From: the human T2T-CHM13v2.0 reference genome, Homo sapiens
Direction: 5' to 3' (one strand)
DNA: 64,000 bases
Assembly (NCBI RefSeq): GCF_009914755.1
Contig: NC_060927.1
Shown: positions 26,715 to 40,612 of the stretch, one piece after another
Numbering within the stretch: position 1 is the stretch's first letter
Layout of the letters: each line of letters begins with the position of its first letter
Notes under the pieces: model-generated
What the model was told of the DNA's origin: nothing
What the model saw: the letters and a program-made list of their open reading frames with translations, nothing else
Databases searched by the model: none
Position numbers and translations under genes: made by a program

Positions 26715-28907
26715 AAGAAAACATTAGCAAGTCTTGGAACATGGTCAGTTAGATGGTGGAGGTGGTTGCTTTTGTTTTGCTATTGCTGCTCAGGCAAGCA
26801 GGGAATTTTGAAGATGACTGACAGTAAAGCACCTTTAACTATTTGTGAAAATATGGAAAAGCTCTGTAGAAATTACTCTTCTCAATAGCAGAGATACAGG
26901 AGGAGATTTGGGTCCGGGTGAATTGCACAGCCAGCCTCAACAGTTAGCCTCAATTGCAATTTCAGATCATAAACCATGTGTCCCTTGATTCCAGATCTCC
27001 TCCAAGATTGTACCCCCTGTCCCCACTCTCCAGCTCCCCTGTGCATTTCCCTTCATCCTGTGTTCTTGTGGAGTCCTGGAAACCCAAGGCTGGAAACTAC
27101 CCAGAAAGACAAGGGGTGGTGTGGGAGACCCGCGATTGCGTGGGCTGTCAAATGTTTGCGAAACGGCAGCTGATGCCAGAAGAATCGGCCAAAAATGGAA
27201 TGGGTGCCCTTGATTATATTTAGTGTGTAGTCTTCTGTAAATTCACATGTTTCCAAATTATTTTCAGCACTCTTTGTTTTGTTCTGTTTTTGGTCCTTAG
27301 CTATTCATGACTTTCCTGATCTCAAAGCCCAGTTGGTGACCCATCTCCACAGCTTGGAAACCATGTGGGGTTCGGCTATTGTTCATGTGTCTTTAACTTT
27401 GCAGCACAAATGATAGTATTTCCTTTGTTACACTCATTCCTGAGGCCACTGAAGCATTTGATAGTTCTTACTAAAAAAGATTAGTTGTTAAGAATCAAAA
27501 GAGGAAAATCAAACAAACAAACGAAAACGAAACAAAACAAAATGTCCCCTCCCTGCTATACATACAGCGTCCTGGAGGAGGCTGGCCAATTATCTGGCTC
27601 CAGGCTCCAGACTTCAAACAACTGGGCAAAAAGCACCCGTGCTCTGACCCAGCTCTGCCGATTGCTAGCAGTGTGACTTCAGACAAGCCACGGATCCCTC
27701 TGAGCCTTATCCTCCTTAGCTCTGAGTGGGTAATGACACCAGCCTGCTTTCCTCACTGGATGAATATGGAGATGGAAATTAGAATGCATCTGCAGACCCT
27801 TTCTGAATTGCACAATGCTAGTCTGTAGGGGATACAGATATAGGGGGATTTTCCTGGCAGATACAGGAGTCCTGCTCCCCCCGTCCTGTGCTGGAAACAG
27901 ACCTGACCACCTGATGATAGCACCTTCTCCCTCAGAGCCTAGTAATGCCCCCCAGTCCTTCTCAACATAGAGCGATGTTGGGAGGAATTGGAGAAGTCCT
28001 GGTGTCCAAGTACCACAGCACTGCGACCGTGGAGTGAGCGCCCAGCCTTGACAGTCTCCTCCCACTTTCTTTTGGTAGAAGTGGCCCCATGGCTGCAGAT
28101 GAGCAAAACTAGTCTGGGCTGGTGTGAGGAAGCGCCCCGAATCTGTGGCCTGGGAAGAGCAGCTGAGGAACTGCAAGCAGCTGGTGTTGGAGGTGATCTT
28201 GAAAAAGGACATTTCCCCCAGACTTTAAACTAATAGCAATTAGTTGAATGAGACCGCATATGTGCAAACTGTCATCTATGAAACACAGTAATATTTGTTG
28301 TTATTAAATCAAAATGTCAAATGCCTTATTAGCTTTAAAAATGACATCATTTGTGCTGCAGACTCACTGGCTGAGGAGTTCCCTGTGGCAGGAGCCAGGG
28401 TTCCCACTGTGGCCTCTTGATCTGGGGTAATGCCTGGCTCATAGGTAAGGGCTCAGGGTTTGTTGACTGATTGGCTGAAGAAAAACAAAAAAAGGAAGCA
28501 TGCATTGAACATGCCAGTAATTTTCAAAAGTAAGTGTCCACATCCAATATCCAGTCTTGTGTGTATGATGAGATCACATGTAGAGGTGTTTACCAAACAT
28601 TTTAATATTTAAATCAAACAGCAATTTGCAAGACTTTAGCTTCATTGTAAGTAATAATATATTTGGAACCTGTGTTTACAGTACTGTCTATACATAGGTT
28701 TAAACCACATATAAATATTTAACAATACAATTAAAAGGTCATGCTTGTCCATGTACCTCCTAAAATCCTCTTGTTCATATCCTCTGGGATCCATTGAAGT
28801 TCTAGTAATTATATACTTTTGCCTTTTATGCGGAAGCCAGAACAAGAACTCAAGAAAAATTTAGATGACATTTGAGCAGCTTAAAACGTGTTGGGTGGGT
28901 TACAGCT

Positions 28908-29027
28908 AGGGTACTCTTTCGTTCTGATTTACCCAGGACAGTGCCAGTTTACACCTGTTGTCATAATTATTAATGTCATTCCCTTTCAATCTCAACAATG
29001 TCTTTGGACAATAAATTATATGGTCAT
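28908..29027 (-). mobile_element. MER94 (hAT-Blackjack MITE)
   Basis: ccaggacagtgccagtttacacctgttgtc..aattattaat...tttggacaataaattatatggtca matches the reverse complement of recalled MER94. Confidence 0.7.
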
Positions 29028-29190
29028 GGTCCACAAGTACATGGTCATAGCCTACAAGTATTAATAGCTGGATTGGAATAGAACACAGTCTTTTTATTTT
29101 TTTTTAAAAAAATTTAAATTTAATTTTAAGTTCCAAGATGTCTTTTTATTTTTATTTTTTAACATTGTATGTAAGTGTGCATGTGTATGG

Positions 29191-29231
29191 GTGTGTGTGT
29201 GTGTGTGTGGGAGAGAGAGATTGAGAGAGAG
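29191..29231. repeat. (GT)n(GA)n compound microsatellite
   Basis: Direct reading. Confidence 0.9.
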
Positions 29232-29869
29232 TGCGAGAGAATGAGAATGATTATTCCCTGGGGGACCCCCTGCCTGGACCCATCAAAAGGTGGCTTTTGC
29301 TGAACAGAGAAAACAGTCCTGGCTCTCATGGTGGCTCATGTTCAAGGGTTGAGGCTTTTGACCTAAGGCCAGGCCTGCTCTCCCACCATCCATCCAGAGC
29401 CTGGTGTTCTGGACTGCCTTCCACTTCACTGACTTGGCACTGGCACTGAAAGCACCTTGGGCTAAAGCATGGGTTCCATCAGTCAACTTTGGGCCATTGA
29501 CATAGTGCAGTTGTTGCCTGGTATAATGCAGGGCTTGAGAAACAGAGCATCTATTCAGAAGGCCTGCCTTTGGGAAGGTCACACGATCTCCCCCAGTCTC
29601 TCATCAGTGTCATCATGCATGAATACTGATTATGGAAAATAGGCTCATCTAAGTATTAAAAATTGTCACCAGTGCCCCCACCCCTTGTTTCATCTTCAAA
29701 TGAAAATGCAATGCAAGAATGATTACTTTTAAAAGAGTGTATTGTCAAGATTAATTTGGAGTTTGCTTCTCTATCATCATTGTCATCTGGTAGTCCCTGG
29801 AGTTCCAAGCAATCTGCCCACTTAGGCCTCCCTAGGTGATGGGATTACAGGCGTGAGCGCCTGCATATC

Positions 29870-30590
<721 letters not shown>

Positions 30591-30599
30591 AGAGCCAGA

Positions 30600-31693
<1,094 letters not shown>

Positions 31694-31894
31694 AGTCTTG
31701 TCTCATATCTGCCATGCCTAGTACCATGCCTGGTGCATAGTGGATGCTCAAACTACTGACCAAATATATTAATATTTGGTAAATAAAATATTCTCGAAAA
31801 CACCTAGGAAATGTAACAGTCTTTCCTTATGTAACAATAGTTTTCCTTAACGGTGACTGTTACCCTGGATGAGAATGGGAATGTTACTGTAAGC

Positions 31895-32622
<728 letters not shown>

Positions 32623-33090
32623 AAATTTTAAGGTTTGGGTTACTCCAGCAGATAAAGAACTATGACTAGTTGAGGTGCTTGCTGAAGGCAAAGGGAATAC
32701 AGAATGGGTAGTGGAAGAAGGTAGTTGTTAATAACTATGACCGTGTGATCAGTTACAGAAATGAGCACTGTAATTATCATGAGTATTTCCATATTTGGTT
32801 ATGAATATGTACGTGTGCAAGGCAAATATCTTTGGTTTCCTCCCTCTGTTATCCTCTTGTCATGTAATGTAAGATGTATTAACTTTATATCATAGTATTT
32901 AAGTTACGGGATATCAAGGAGAAGAATAAACAGCATGGAGAGACTTTGCATCCCTTTCTAGTGTTGGATTTGGTTGTACACAGGTTAGTTTTTATCATAC
33001 TAGGAAGAAGTATGACCTTGTTGTTGTTTTCGTTTGGAGATTAAGCATGGTTTACAGAGATGCGTGCGGGTGCCAAGTTGACAAGGACTT
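32623..33090 (+). mobile_element. ERVL internal 3' end (HERVL-like)
   Basis: gaggtgcttgctgaaggcaaagggaatacagaatgggtagtggaagaaggtagtt...gccaagttgacaagg precedes an MLT2 LTR. Confidence 0.85.
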
Positions 33091-33394
33091 GAGATGGTTA
33101 ACTTTATATGCCAAATTACAGGACATTCTTGGATGAGATTAATATTTAAATTGGTGAACAATGAGTAAACAGATTGCCCTCTATAATGTGGGTGGGCCTT
33201 GTCTAATCCATTAAAGGCCTGAGTAGAATAAAAAATCTGGCATCCCAGAGTGAGAAGGACTTCTCCAGCAGACTGTCTTTGAACTTTGTCTGCACCAGTG
33301 GCTCTCCTGGGTCTCCAGGCTGCCAGGCTACATTTGAACTTGCCAGTCTCGGTAATTGTGAGAACCAGTTCCTTAGAATAAATGTCTCTGTTTA

Positions 33395-33428
<34 letters not shown>

Positions 33429-33498
33429 AGGCTACATTTGAACTTGCCAGTCTCAGTAATCGTGACAACCAGTTCCTTAGAACAAATCTCTCTGTTTA

Positions 33499-33539
<41 letters not shown>

Positions 33540-33573
33540 CTCATCCTATTGGTTCTGGTTCAACCGTAATACA
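33091..33573 (+). mobile_element. MLT2 LTR (3' LTR of the ERVL remnant) with internal tandem duplication
   Basis: gagtaaacagattgccctctataatgtgggtgggcctt..ctaatcca; cctattggttct...taataca. Confidence 0.85.
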
Positions 33574-34089
33574 CAATATTCAACATTCTATACCAAAATT
33601 ATGTTTTTTTTTTTTTTATGTGAGTGGGACTATTTCTTTTTTTGTCTTTTAATAATATCAAAGTGGTTCATTATGACCCTAGATAACTATAGACAACTCT
33701 TTAGTTACCTTTTTGTTTGAAAACAATTATGCCATGATGAAACTTTTGCTATCATGGTGTCCCCTGTGCTTTCAGTGGGTGGTGGAGCACCCAAGACTCC
33801 TCTGAAAATGTAATGGGCAAATTCATTTGGTAGGGTTCCCCAGAGAACACTGTTTTTCTCTGAATCATTATGTGCTTTTCGTGTGAAGTCTGATAGACTT
33901 GATGGAAAGTAGCTGTGATCAACTAGCCCATTTAGTGTCATTGCCGCAGTTTTCTCTCCTCCTTGATTTCAGGACTGGTTGACTTTGTTCTAATGTACAT
34001 GCTGGGATTTCCAGGCAAAATCCTGATTTTGTGGTCAGTGGTGAACATGTGGTTGATAAGTGACAAACACAGAACTATAAATCTGGCAA

Positions 34090-34280
34090 TGTATTATCTA
34101 CCGGACAGTTGATGAGAGAGTAGATTTTAAGTGTTTTCACCACAAAAAAGTGATGATTATGTGAGGTAATGTCTGTTAAATGGCTTGATTTAGCCATTCT
34201 AATTATATATATCTTTATCAAAACATCATATTATACCCCATAAATATATACAATTTTTTACTTAACAATTAAAATAAATA
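34090..34280 (+). mobile_element. L1MA/MB 3' end
   Basis: gagagagtagattttaagtgttttcaccac...atgtgaggtaatg...gcttgatttagccattc...ataaatatatacaattttt. Confidence 0.75.
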
Positions 34281-34281
34281 C

Positions 34282-34550
34282 TTTTTTTAAGGAGCAAGGT
34301 CTTGCTTTGTCACCTAGACTGGAGTGCGGTGATATGATTATAGCTCACTGTAGCCTCAAACTCCTGGGCTCAAGTGATCCTCTCACCTCACCCTCCCATG
34401 TAGCTGGGACTAAAGGCTCATGCCACAATACTTGGCTAATTTTTAAATTTTTTTTGTAGAGATGGAGTCTAGACTTGTTGCCCTGGCTGGTCTCAAACTT
34501 CTGGGCTCAAGCAGTCTTCCCTCCGTCATCGCCCAAAGTGCTTGGCTTAC
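34282..34550 (-). mobile_element. AluJ
   Basis: tagctcactgtagcctcaaactcctgggctcaagtgatcc (AluJ-type). Confidence 0.88.
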
Positions 34551-34604
34551 GTAAAATAAATATTTTTTAAAAAGAACAATAAATTCATTTTATTTACAAA
34601 GGTG

Positions 34605-35150
34605 ATAAGCATGCAACTCCTAGGGGGCTTACAGTCTAGGAGAGGAAGGACAAGAAGCAAATGAACAAGAAAATATCAGACAGTGAGTGGTAAGAGCTGG
34701 GCAGAGAAAGAGGCAATATGCCAGACAGCAGCTGGGTAGTGAGTTGGTTTGAGTGTTCAGGGAAGGTAGCATTTAATTTGAAGGCCAATGACAGGAAGGA
34801 GTAAAGATCTGAGTAAAGAGCATTCTCAGTAGGAGAAACAGCGGGTGCAAAAGCTCCGAGGCAGCACTAGCCTACAGACTATGAGCACAGATAATCTCAG
34901 CCATAGACTCTTAGGGGAGAGTGGTCAGGGGTTATGTAAGTGACTTAGGCAGGGTCAGATAAGTAGGGAGGTCAGGAGGAGGTTCAGCTGGGTTTGGTGC
35001 CTGCATGACACTGATCTTGCTCCAGTGTTTTGAAAAGAGGGATGGGGTGATATTGGGGTGAGAGAGGAAAGCAGGAGAGCAGTGAAGAGTCTTCTGCAAG
35101 AGATGAAGTCTTCTGCAAGAGTAGACTGAGGCCATGTTGCTGGAGGTGGG
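34605..35150 (-). mobile_element. L2 fragment
   Basis: gggcttacagtctagg...aaagagcattctcagtaggagaaacagcgggtgcaaaagctccgaggc. Confidence 0.55.
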
Positions 35151-37064
35151 AGAAACAGAGTCAATCTCTATCATAGGTGCAGGGCATCTCTAACTCTTTT
35201 ATTAAAGTCTATGTATTTGTATTTTAAAGTTAACAGATAACAAGTATATCTGTATAACTGTCTTAATTTGAAGCCATAGATTATTTTGTTTTGAAGAAGA
35301 TGACAAACCTAGGATTCCTTTTGGAAACATTATTACTCTCATCTGCCACTGTTTTTTGAGGATCTGCAGACGGTGGCATTGTAGTGAGTGAGAATGAGTG
35401 GGAATCTGAAATGTCAACCTATTTTGGTCAAAAGGGCTCTAGGAGCCTTCTCCTCTATACCAATTCCATCTCATCTAGCTCCTACAGTAATTTCACAAAT
35501 CGTGTAACTTCATTGCCTTCCTAAACAGTGTTTAGTTCTGGCCCTTGACATCTGTATCTTCTCACTTGAATCTAAATAAATGTTGTTACCTTGGAACATG
35601 AGTAAGAACTGACATGGAGCAGCGTTAGTAATAAGTGACCTGGTTCCCAGAGGCTAGTTAGATAAATATCAAAATGATACTGTCATAAAACGATTTCACT
35701 TATAAGACAGAACAATAGTGTGAAACTTGAAGACCTGCTGGGTTATAGCGAGGCCCTGGTGTTTTACTGTTCCAGCTTGCCTGTTGAAATCTGCTTGGTT
35801 CTAGTATTTGTGTGTTTATGTAATTTTTTATTCATGCAGTAATCTTTTTTTTAGAAATTCTCCTTAATTGAGCTCCCAAGATACACTGTGTAAAGTATCT
35901 GGATCCCAGTGGTTCCAATTTCTCTTTTTGCAGAGCTAGTTTTTTTTTTTTTTGTACGATACTCTCCGTCTCTCCCATTCCCTTTGTACTGGTTTGCTAA
36001 AACACAGGTAGATCCTTGAAGGAAAAATCTTTGTTTTCTTGCAGGATGGGCTAGTGATTAGATTGTCAGAAGTCTAGTCCTAGATTTAGGTTGGGCTTTT
36101 TGTAATGGATTTTATACCAGAAATTATTTATAATTAGTCATACTATGGATATACAAGGACTTACTTGTAGAAAACAGCAGCCCAACTCATTACAGAAATA
36201 TGATAGGAGCATGGGATCAGTTGTGTCTCATTTCTGTGGCCAAGGAAAATAGGCTGGTGTCTTAGCTGATGTCCAATAGGTTTTATTTTTACTCATTCTT
36301 TCCTTTGTTTTAGAAGTGTTTTAGGGACTTCTGTAAAGACTTCAACTGGCCAGTGATTATGTCACTAGGACTCAGCTGCAGTCTCTTAAAATTAGAATTG
36401 TGCACACTCTGTGTGAGGACTTTGGTTGTCTCTCTCCTGTCTTTGGTCTCTGCAGGCTGCCTGCCCTGGCACATGGAACTGCCTTTCTGTGCTCTCTGCT
36501 CTGTTCTCCCCAGGGACCAGCCGTATGATATAGTTCCCCTGCCATCTCCCTGTGTCCCCCCAGCTTGTTTGTTGGGCATCTGGTGAAAGCCTGCAGCATG
36601 CTTCCTGTGCTCCTACCATCCTAGAACCTGCAGTTGACCAAGGGCACCATGAGAGGGGTGTTGAGGCCGGGAAGTAGAGAGGTAGCAGAAAGAGAAGTGC
36701 AGCAGGATTAAGCCCCCCGGGAAACACATAGTCCATCTTTGCTTTCATCAATCTTGGTCTTCATCTGAAATCATTTCCTGGCTTTAGCAACCTGCCCACA
36801 CTTTCAGAGACTTTGCTGGTCTTTTAAAGTCAGTATTTGATTTAATATTCTTCCTGAATCATTCGGTGCCCATTTTGTTTACATGTGGCTCTGAAATTGG
36901 TCCTTTAATATTAAAGATTCAAAACTGCCCTGAGTTTAACCAACTCTTTTTTTTTTTTTTGCTCAGATCATCTTTGTTTTAAAATACTATAATGACACTG
37001 TATTTTTAATTAATGAGTCTTGTGGTGTTAATTCTTTCTGAGAGCAAGAGAGTATGGGTGGGTC

Positions 37065-37473
37065 TCTATTAGTGTGTTCTCACCTTGCTATAAAGAAATA
37101 CCTGAGACTGGGTAATTTATGAAGAAAAGAGGTTTAATCGGCTTGTGCTTCTGTAGGTTTTACAGGAAGCACAGCGGATTCTGCTTGGCTTCTGGGGAGG
37201 CCTCAGGAAATTTACAGTCATGGCAGAAGGCAAAAGGGTAGCAGGCAGGTCACATGGCTGGAGCAGGAGCCAGAGAGAGAGTGAAGGGGGAGGTGCCACA
37301 CACTTTCAAATGACCAGAGCTCACAAGAACTCACTATTGCGAGAACACCACCAAAGGGATGGTACTAAACCATTCATGAGTGATCCGGTCACCTTCCACC
37401 AGGGCCCACCTCCAACACTGGGGATGACAATTGGACGTGAGATTTGGGTGGGACACAGATCCAAGCCATATCA
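37065..37473 (-). mobile_element. MSTA solo LTR
   Basis: Homologous to 19119-19544; TSD GGGTC/GTGTC. Confidence 0.9.
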
Positions 37474-37590
37474 GTGTCTATTCCTGTCATATGTGTTTTG
37501 ATTTGGAGGAAGTATTTGTGAGCTTGTGTACCCATATGTGCCTTTTGGAGGACTTAAAGGATAGTGAAATTGGGATAATGTACCCTCTAA

Positions 37591-37902
<312 letters not shown>

Positions 37903-38364
37903 GATTTCCTGTGTTTCTTACAGTGAGCGGCTGGTTTAGGTGTTGGATGGGCTCAAAAATATGTATTTTTTCCATTTCCCTAGAGAATGTTGATGCTCAT
38001 AGAGACCACTTGAGAAGCACTGCTTTGGGGAGGGATGCTCTCCCATCAGATGGCAGCTTTGGGTTTGCCAGTGGTGAGTTTGATCTCTGGAGGATCATCT
38101 TCCATTTCCAGATAGGGTACTGAAGATAGAGTGGTTCATTATCTTACAATCCAGTGCTTCCTCCCTACTTGTCCATTTCCCTTTCAAGGGGGCTGGCCTA
38201 GGGACCAGTGAGAACTCAGTCAATTAGCTTCTGATAAATTGTTTCTTTTTAAAACAATACATTATATTAACTCTGGAGGAGTGCAGTGAGGTATCCACCA
38301 AATGCAATCTTCCGGTAGCTTCTTTGTGGTTATGTTTGTGTGCCTGCCTGTATTGATGGGTGAA

Positions 38365-38540
38365 GATAAGGACTTGGTCAAATTACCTAACCTTTCTGAG
38401 CTTCAGTTTCCAAGTATGAAGATGGAGATGATAATAATGCCTAATGCATAGGGTTCTTCAGAGGATTAAATGCTAAATGCTAAGACTAGCACATAGCATG
38501 CCATAAGTGCTATATGAGAGTTAGTTGTTATGAGTATTAC
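38365..38540 (+). mobile_element. MIR
   Basis: cttggtcaaattacctaacctttctgagcttcagtttcc...gataataatgcc..catagggttcttcagaggattaaatg. Confidence 0.75.
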
Positions 38541-40125
38541 TGTTGTTACCAACCTATTTGAATCAAAGTAAAAATCTTCCTTGTCAGAAATTCACAGGAA
38601 TCAACAAGGAAGATATGGGAAAATGCTGTGCACAGCAGCTTGTATACTCTAAGGGAGTTGGTGCAATTTCTGGGATGAGCGCTGTCCTTACCTGCAATGT
38701 GGAGGCTTTATCAATGGAATCTATTGTGAAGAGCATTAATAGGACATCTTCCTGTCCTCCAGCCCCAGCTCAAAGGTGCTGCCAAATGCAGATAAAAGCA
38801 CTGGAGTAACCTCAGTTGATTATTGTCTACCTCCTGAATCTCTCCATCAGTGAAATTAATATTTGGTTGCTGAGGGGAGAGACAACATCTGTAACATTTC
38901 CCCTGTGGAATGGCTGTTTGGTTTCTATTGCACACATTTTTCTCTCAGGTTAAAAACTGTTGAAACCTGATTTCCCTCTTTTAAAAATGGAATCATGTTT
39001 GATTTTATAGTAATGTTTATAGAGCTAAGGAGAGTTAAGAGTCATTCTGGCGTTAAAACCGTCTAAGCCTTCAAATAAATATATTGTTGTTATCTTGAAA
39101 CTTTCCAAACTGAACTTGGAATTCACTCAGGCATCTTATAGAGCTTTGATACATCAGAGGGGGACAGTAATGATCCTGTAAATTCCTAGCAACGTGGGAC
39201 CACTCTTGCGGCTTGCAAAGAACAGAATGAAATGCGGCATAAAGACTTGCACTGGCAAATGTCCACACAAGTATTAATCTACTTCTACTTGAAGTAAGGT
39301 CCCAATTACAGAAGATTTATTTTGAAAGAATTTGGTGTATGATCATCATCTCTCCTCTGAGTGATTGCATTCACCTCCTGACTGGTCCATCTTTCACAAT
39401 TCCTGGGCTATCTTTCCTGAAACTGTTCTCATCAGCTCAGTCCTTTGCTTGCAAGTCCAGCATGAGACTCCCATTGCCGGTAACAAAAGTACAATCTTTG
39501 GGCCTTTGTATTCCAGAACCTTCCCTGTCTGCTTCCCACCCTACTTTATTGTTCTCCCCATATTCCCCGCTGCAGGCCTTTGCTTATGTTGTTTACTCTA
39601 CCTAAGAGCCTCTTCTTTACCTCTACTGCCACGTACTCTGGGAATCTCTCAAATCATCTCAAATGTCTTCCAGTAAAGTCTTTTCTAAACACATTACTTC
39701 CAGAATTAATCATTTTACCCCCCTGTATAGAAATGGATACATGAGGTTAAGCGAGGTTAAGTAACTTATCCAAGGTCACAGATCCAGTAAGTGTCAGAGT
39801 TGGGGTGGGCAATGAGACACATAATGAAAAAAAAAATGCAAAAGCATAGTTGGAAATAGGAAGTCATTGTTAAATTTAGGGACAAAAAATAGGCTTTGTG
39901 AGAAATGAACCACTGGGCTATAGCCTGAGAAAAGGTTGTATACACAGGATCTTGGAAAGGGAAGGTCCTTGAACCTGAAATTGGTGACACTTTTTCTGGG
40001 GGACCTGAAATCTTGTCACTAGGAAGGTGTGTGGTGTGGTCAAAAGTGCTATGTGAAGTCTTGTTGTACCTGGAAGAGGAAGTCCTCAGGATTGAATGCC
40101 TCCCCTTTCTCTGACTGCTGATTAA

Positions 40126-40250
40126 TATGCCTAGCATTCCATTATTGGAATGCTAAGCATATGGGAATTATTTCTATCCTACTGCTCAAGGTCATCGCCA
40201 AGATCTGATTTTCAAAATCCAAAAAATTGCAACCTTCAGGCATAAATGGG
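40126..40250 (+). mobile_element. MER85 piggyBac (PGBD3-derived) MITE
   Basis: tatgcctagcattccattattggaatgctaagcatatgggaattatttctatcctactgctcaaggtcatcgccaagatctgatt...ttgcaaccttcaggcataaatggg closely follows recalled MER85 consensus; TTAA at 40122-40125. Confidence 0.92.
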
Positions 40251-40578
40251 CTAGGGGGCCATGTGATGAGGAATATGGGCAGCTTTTGTGATCTTCTCAT
40301 GCCGTATAGGGGCTGTCCTGGATATGGCAGACCCTGATTATAAATCAATAGGCATTTGAGTGAGGTAAAAAGAAAGCAGTTTTATTAGGGTTATGTACTA
40401 TTGTAGGTCTCCCCAAGTTTATGCTGCTTCCCAGAGGGTCCACATTTTTCTGTATGCACTAGAATATGATGAATGACACACACCTGAGAAGTTCACATTA
40501 ATGGCATTGTGCTCTCTGTTACTGACACCATCAACATCGAAATAAAGCATGTTCTTCTCTTGTCAAGACCACTGTAAG

Positions 40579-40612
40579 GAGTGAGACTCCGTCTCAAAAA
40601 AAAAAAAAAAAA
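40579..40612 (+). mobile_element. Extremely 5'-truncated Alu (17 nt plus polyA)
   Basis: gagtgagactccgtctc plus A-run, between exact direct repeats ACCACTGTAAG (40568-40578, 40613-40623). Confidence 0.88.

Noticed and set aside
38042-38058. CTCF-like CCATCAGATGGCAGC
   Set aside because: A single imperfect match is expected by chance in 64 kb and cannot be supported without a PWM score or ChIP data
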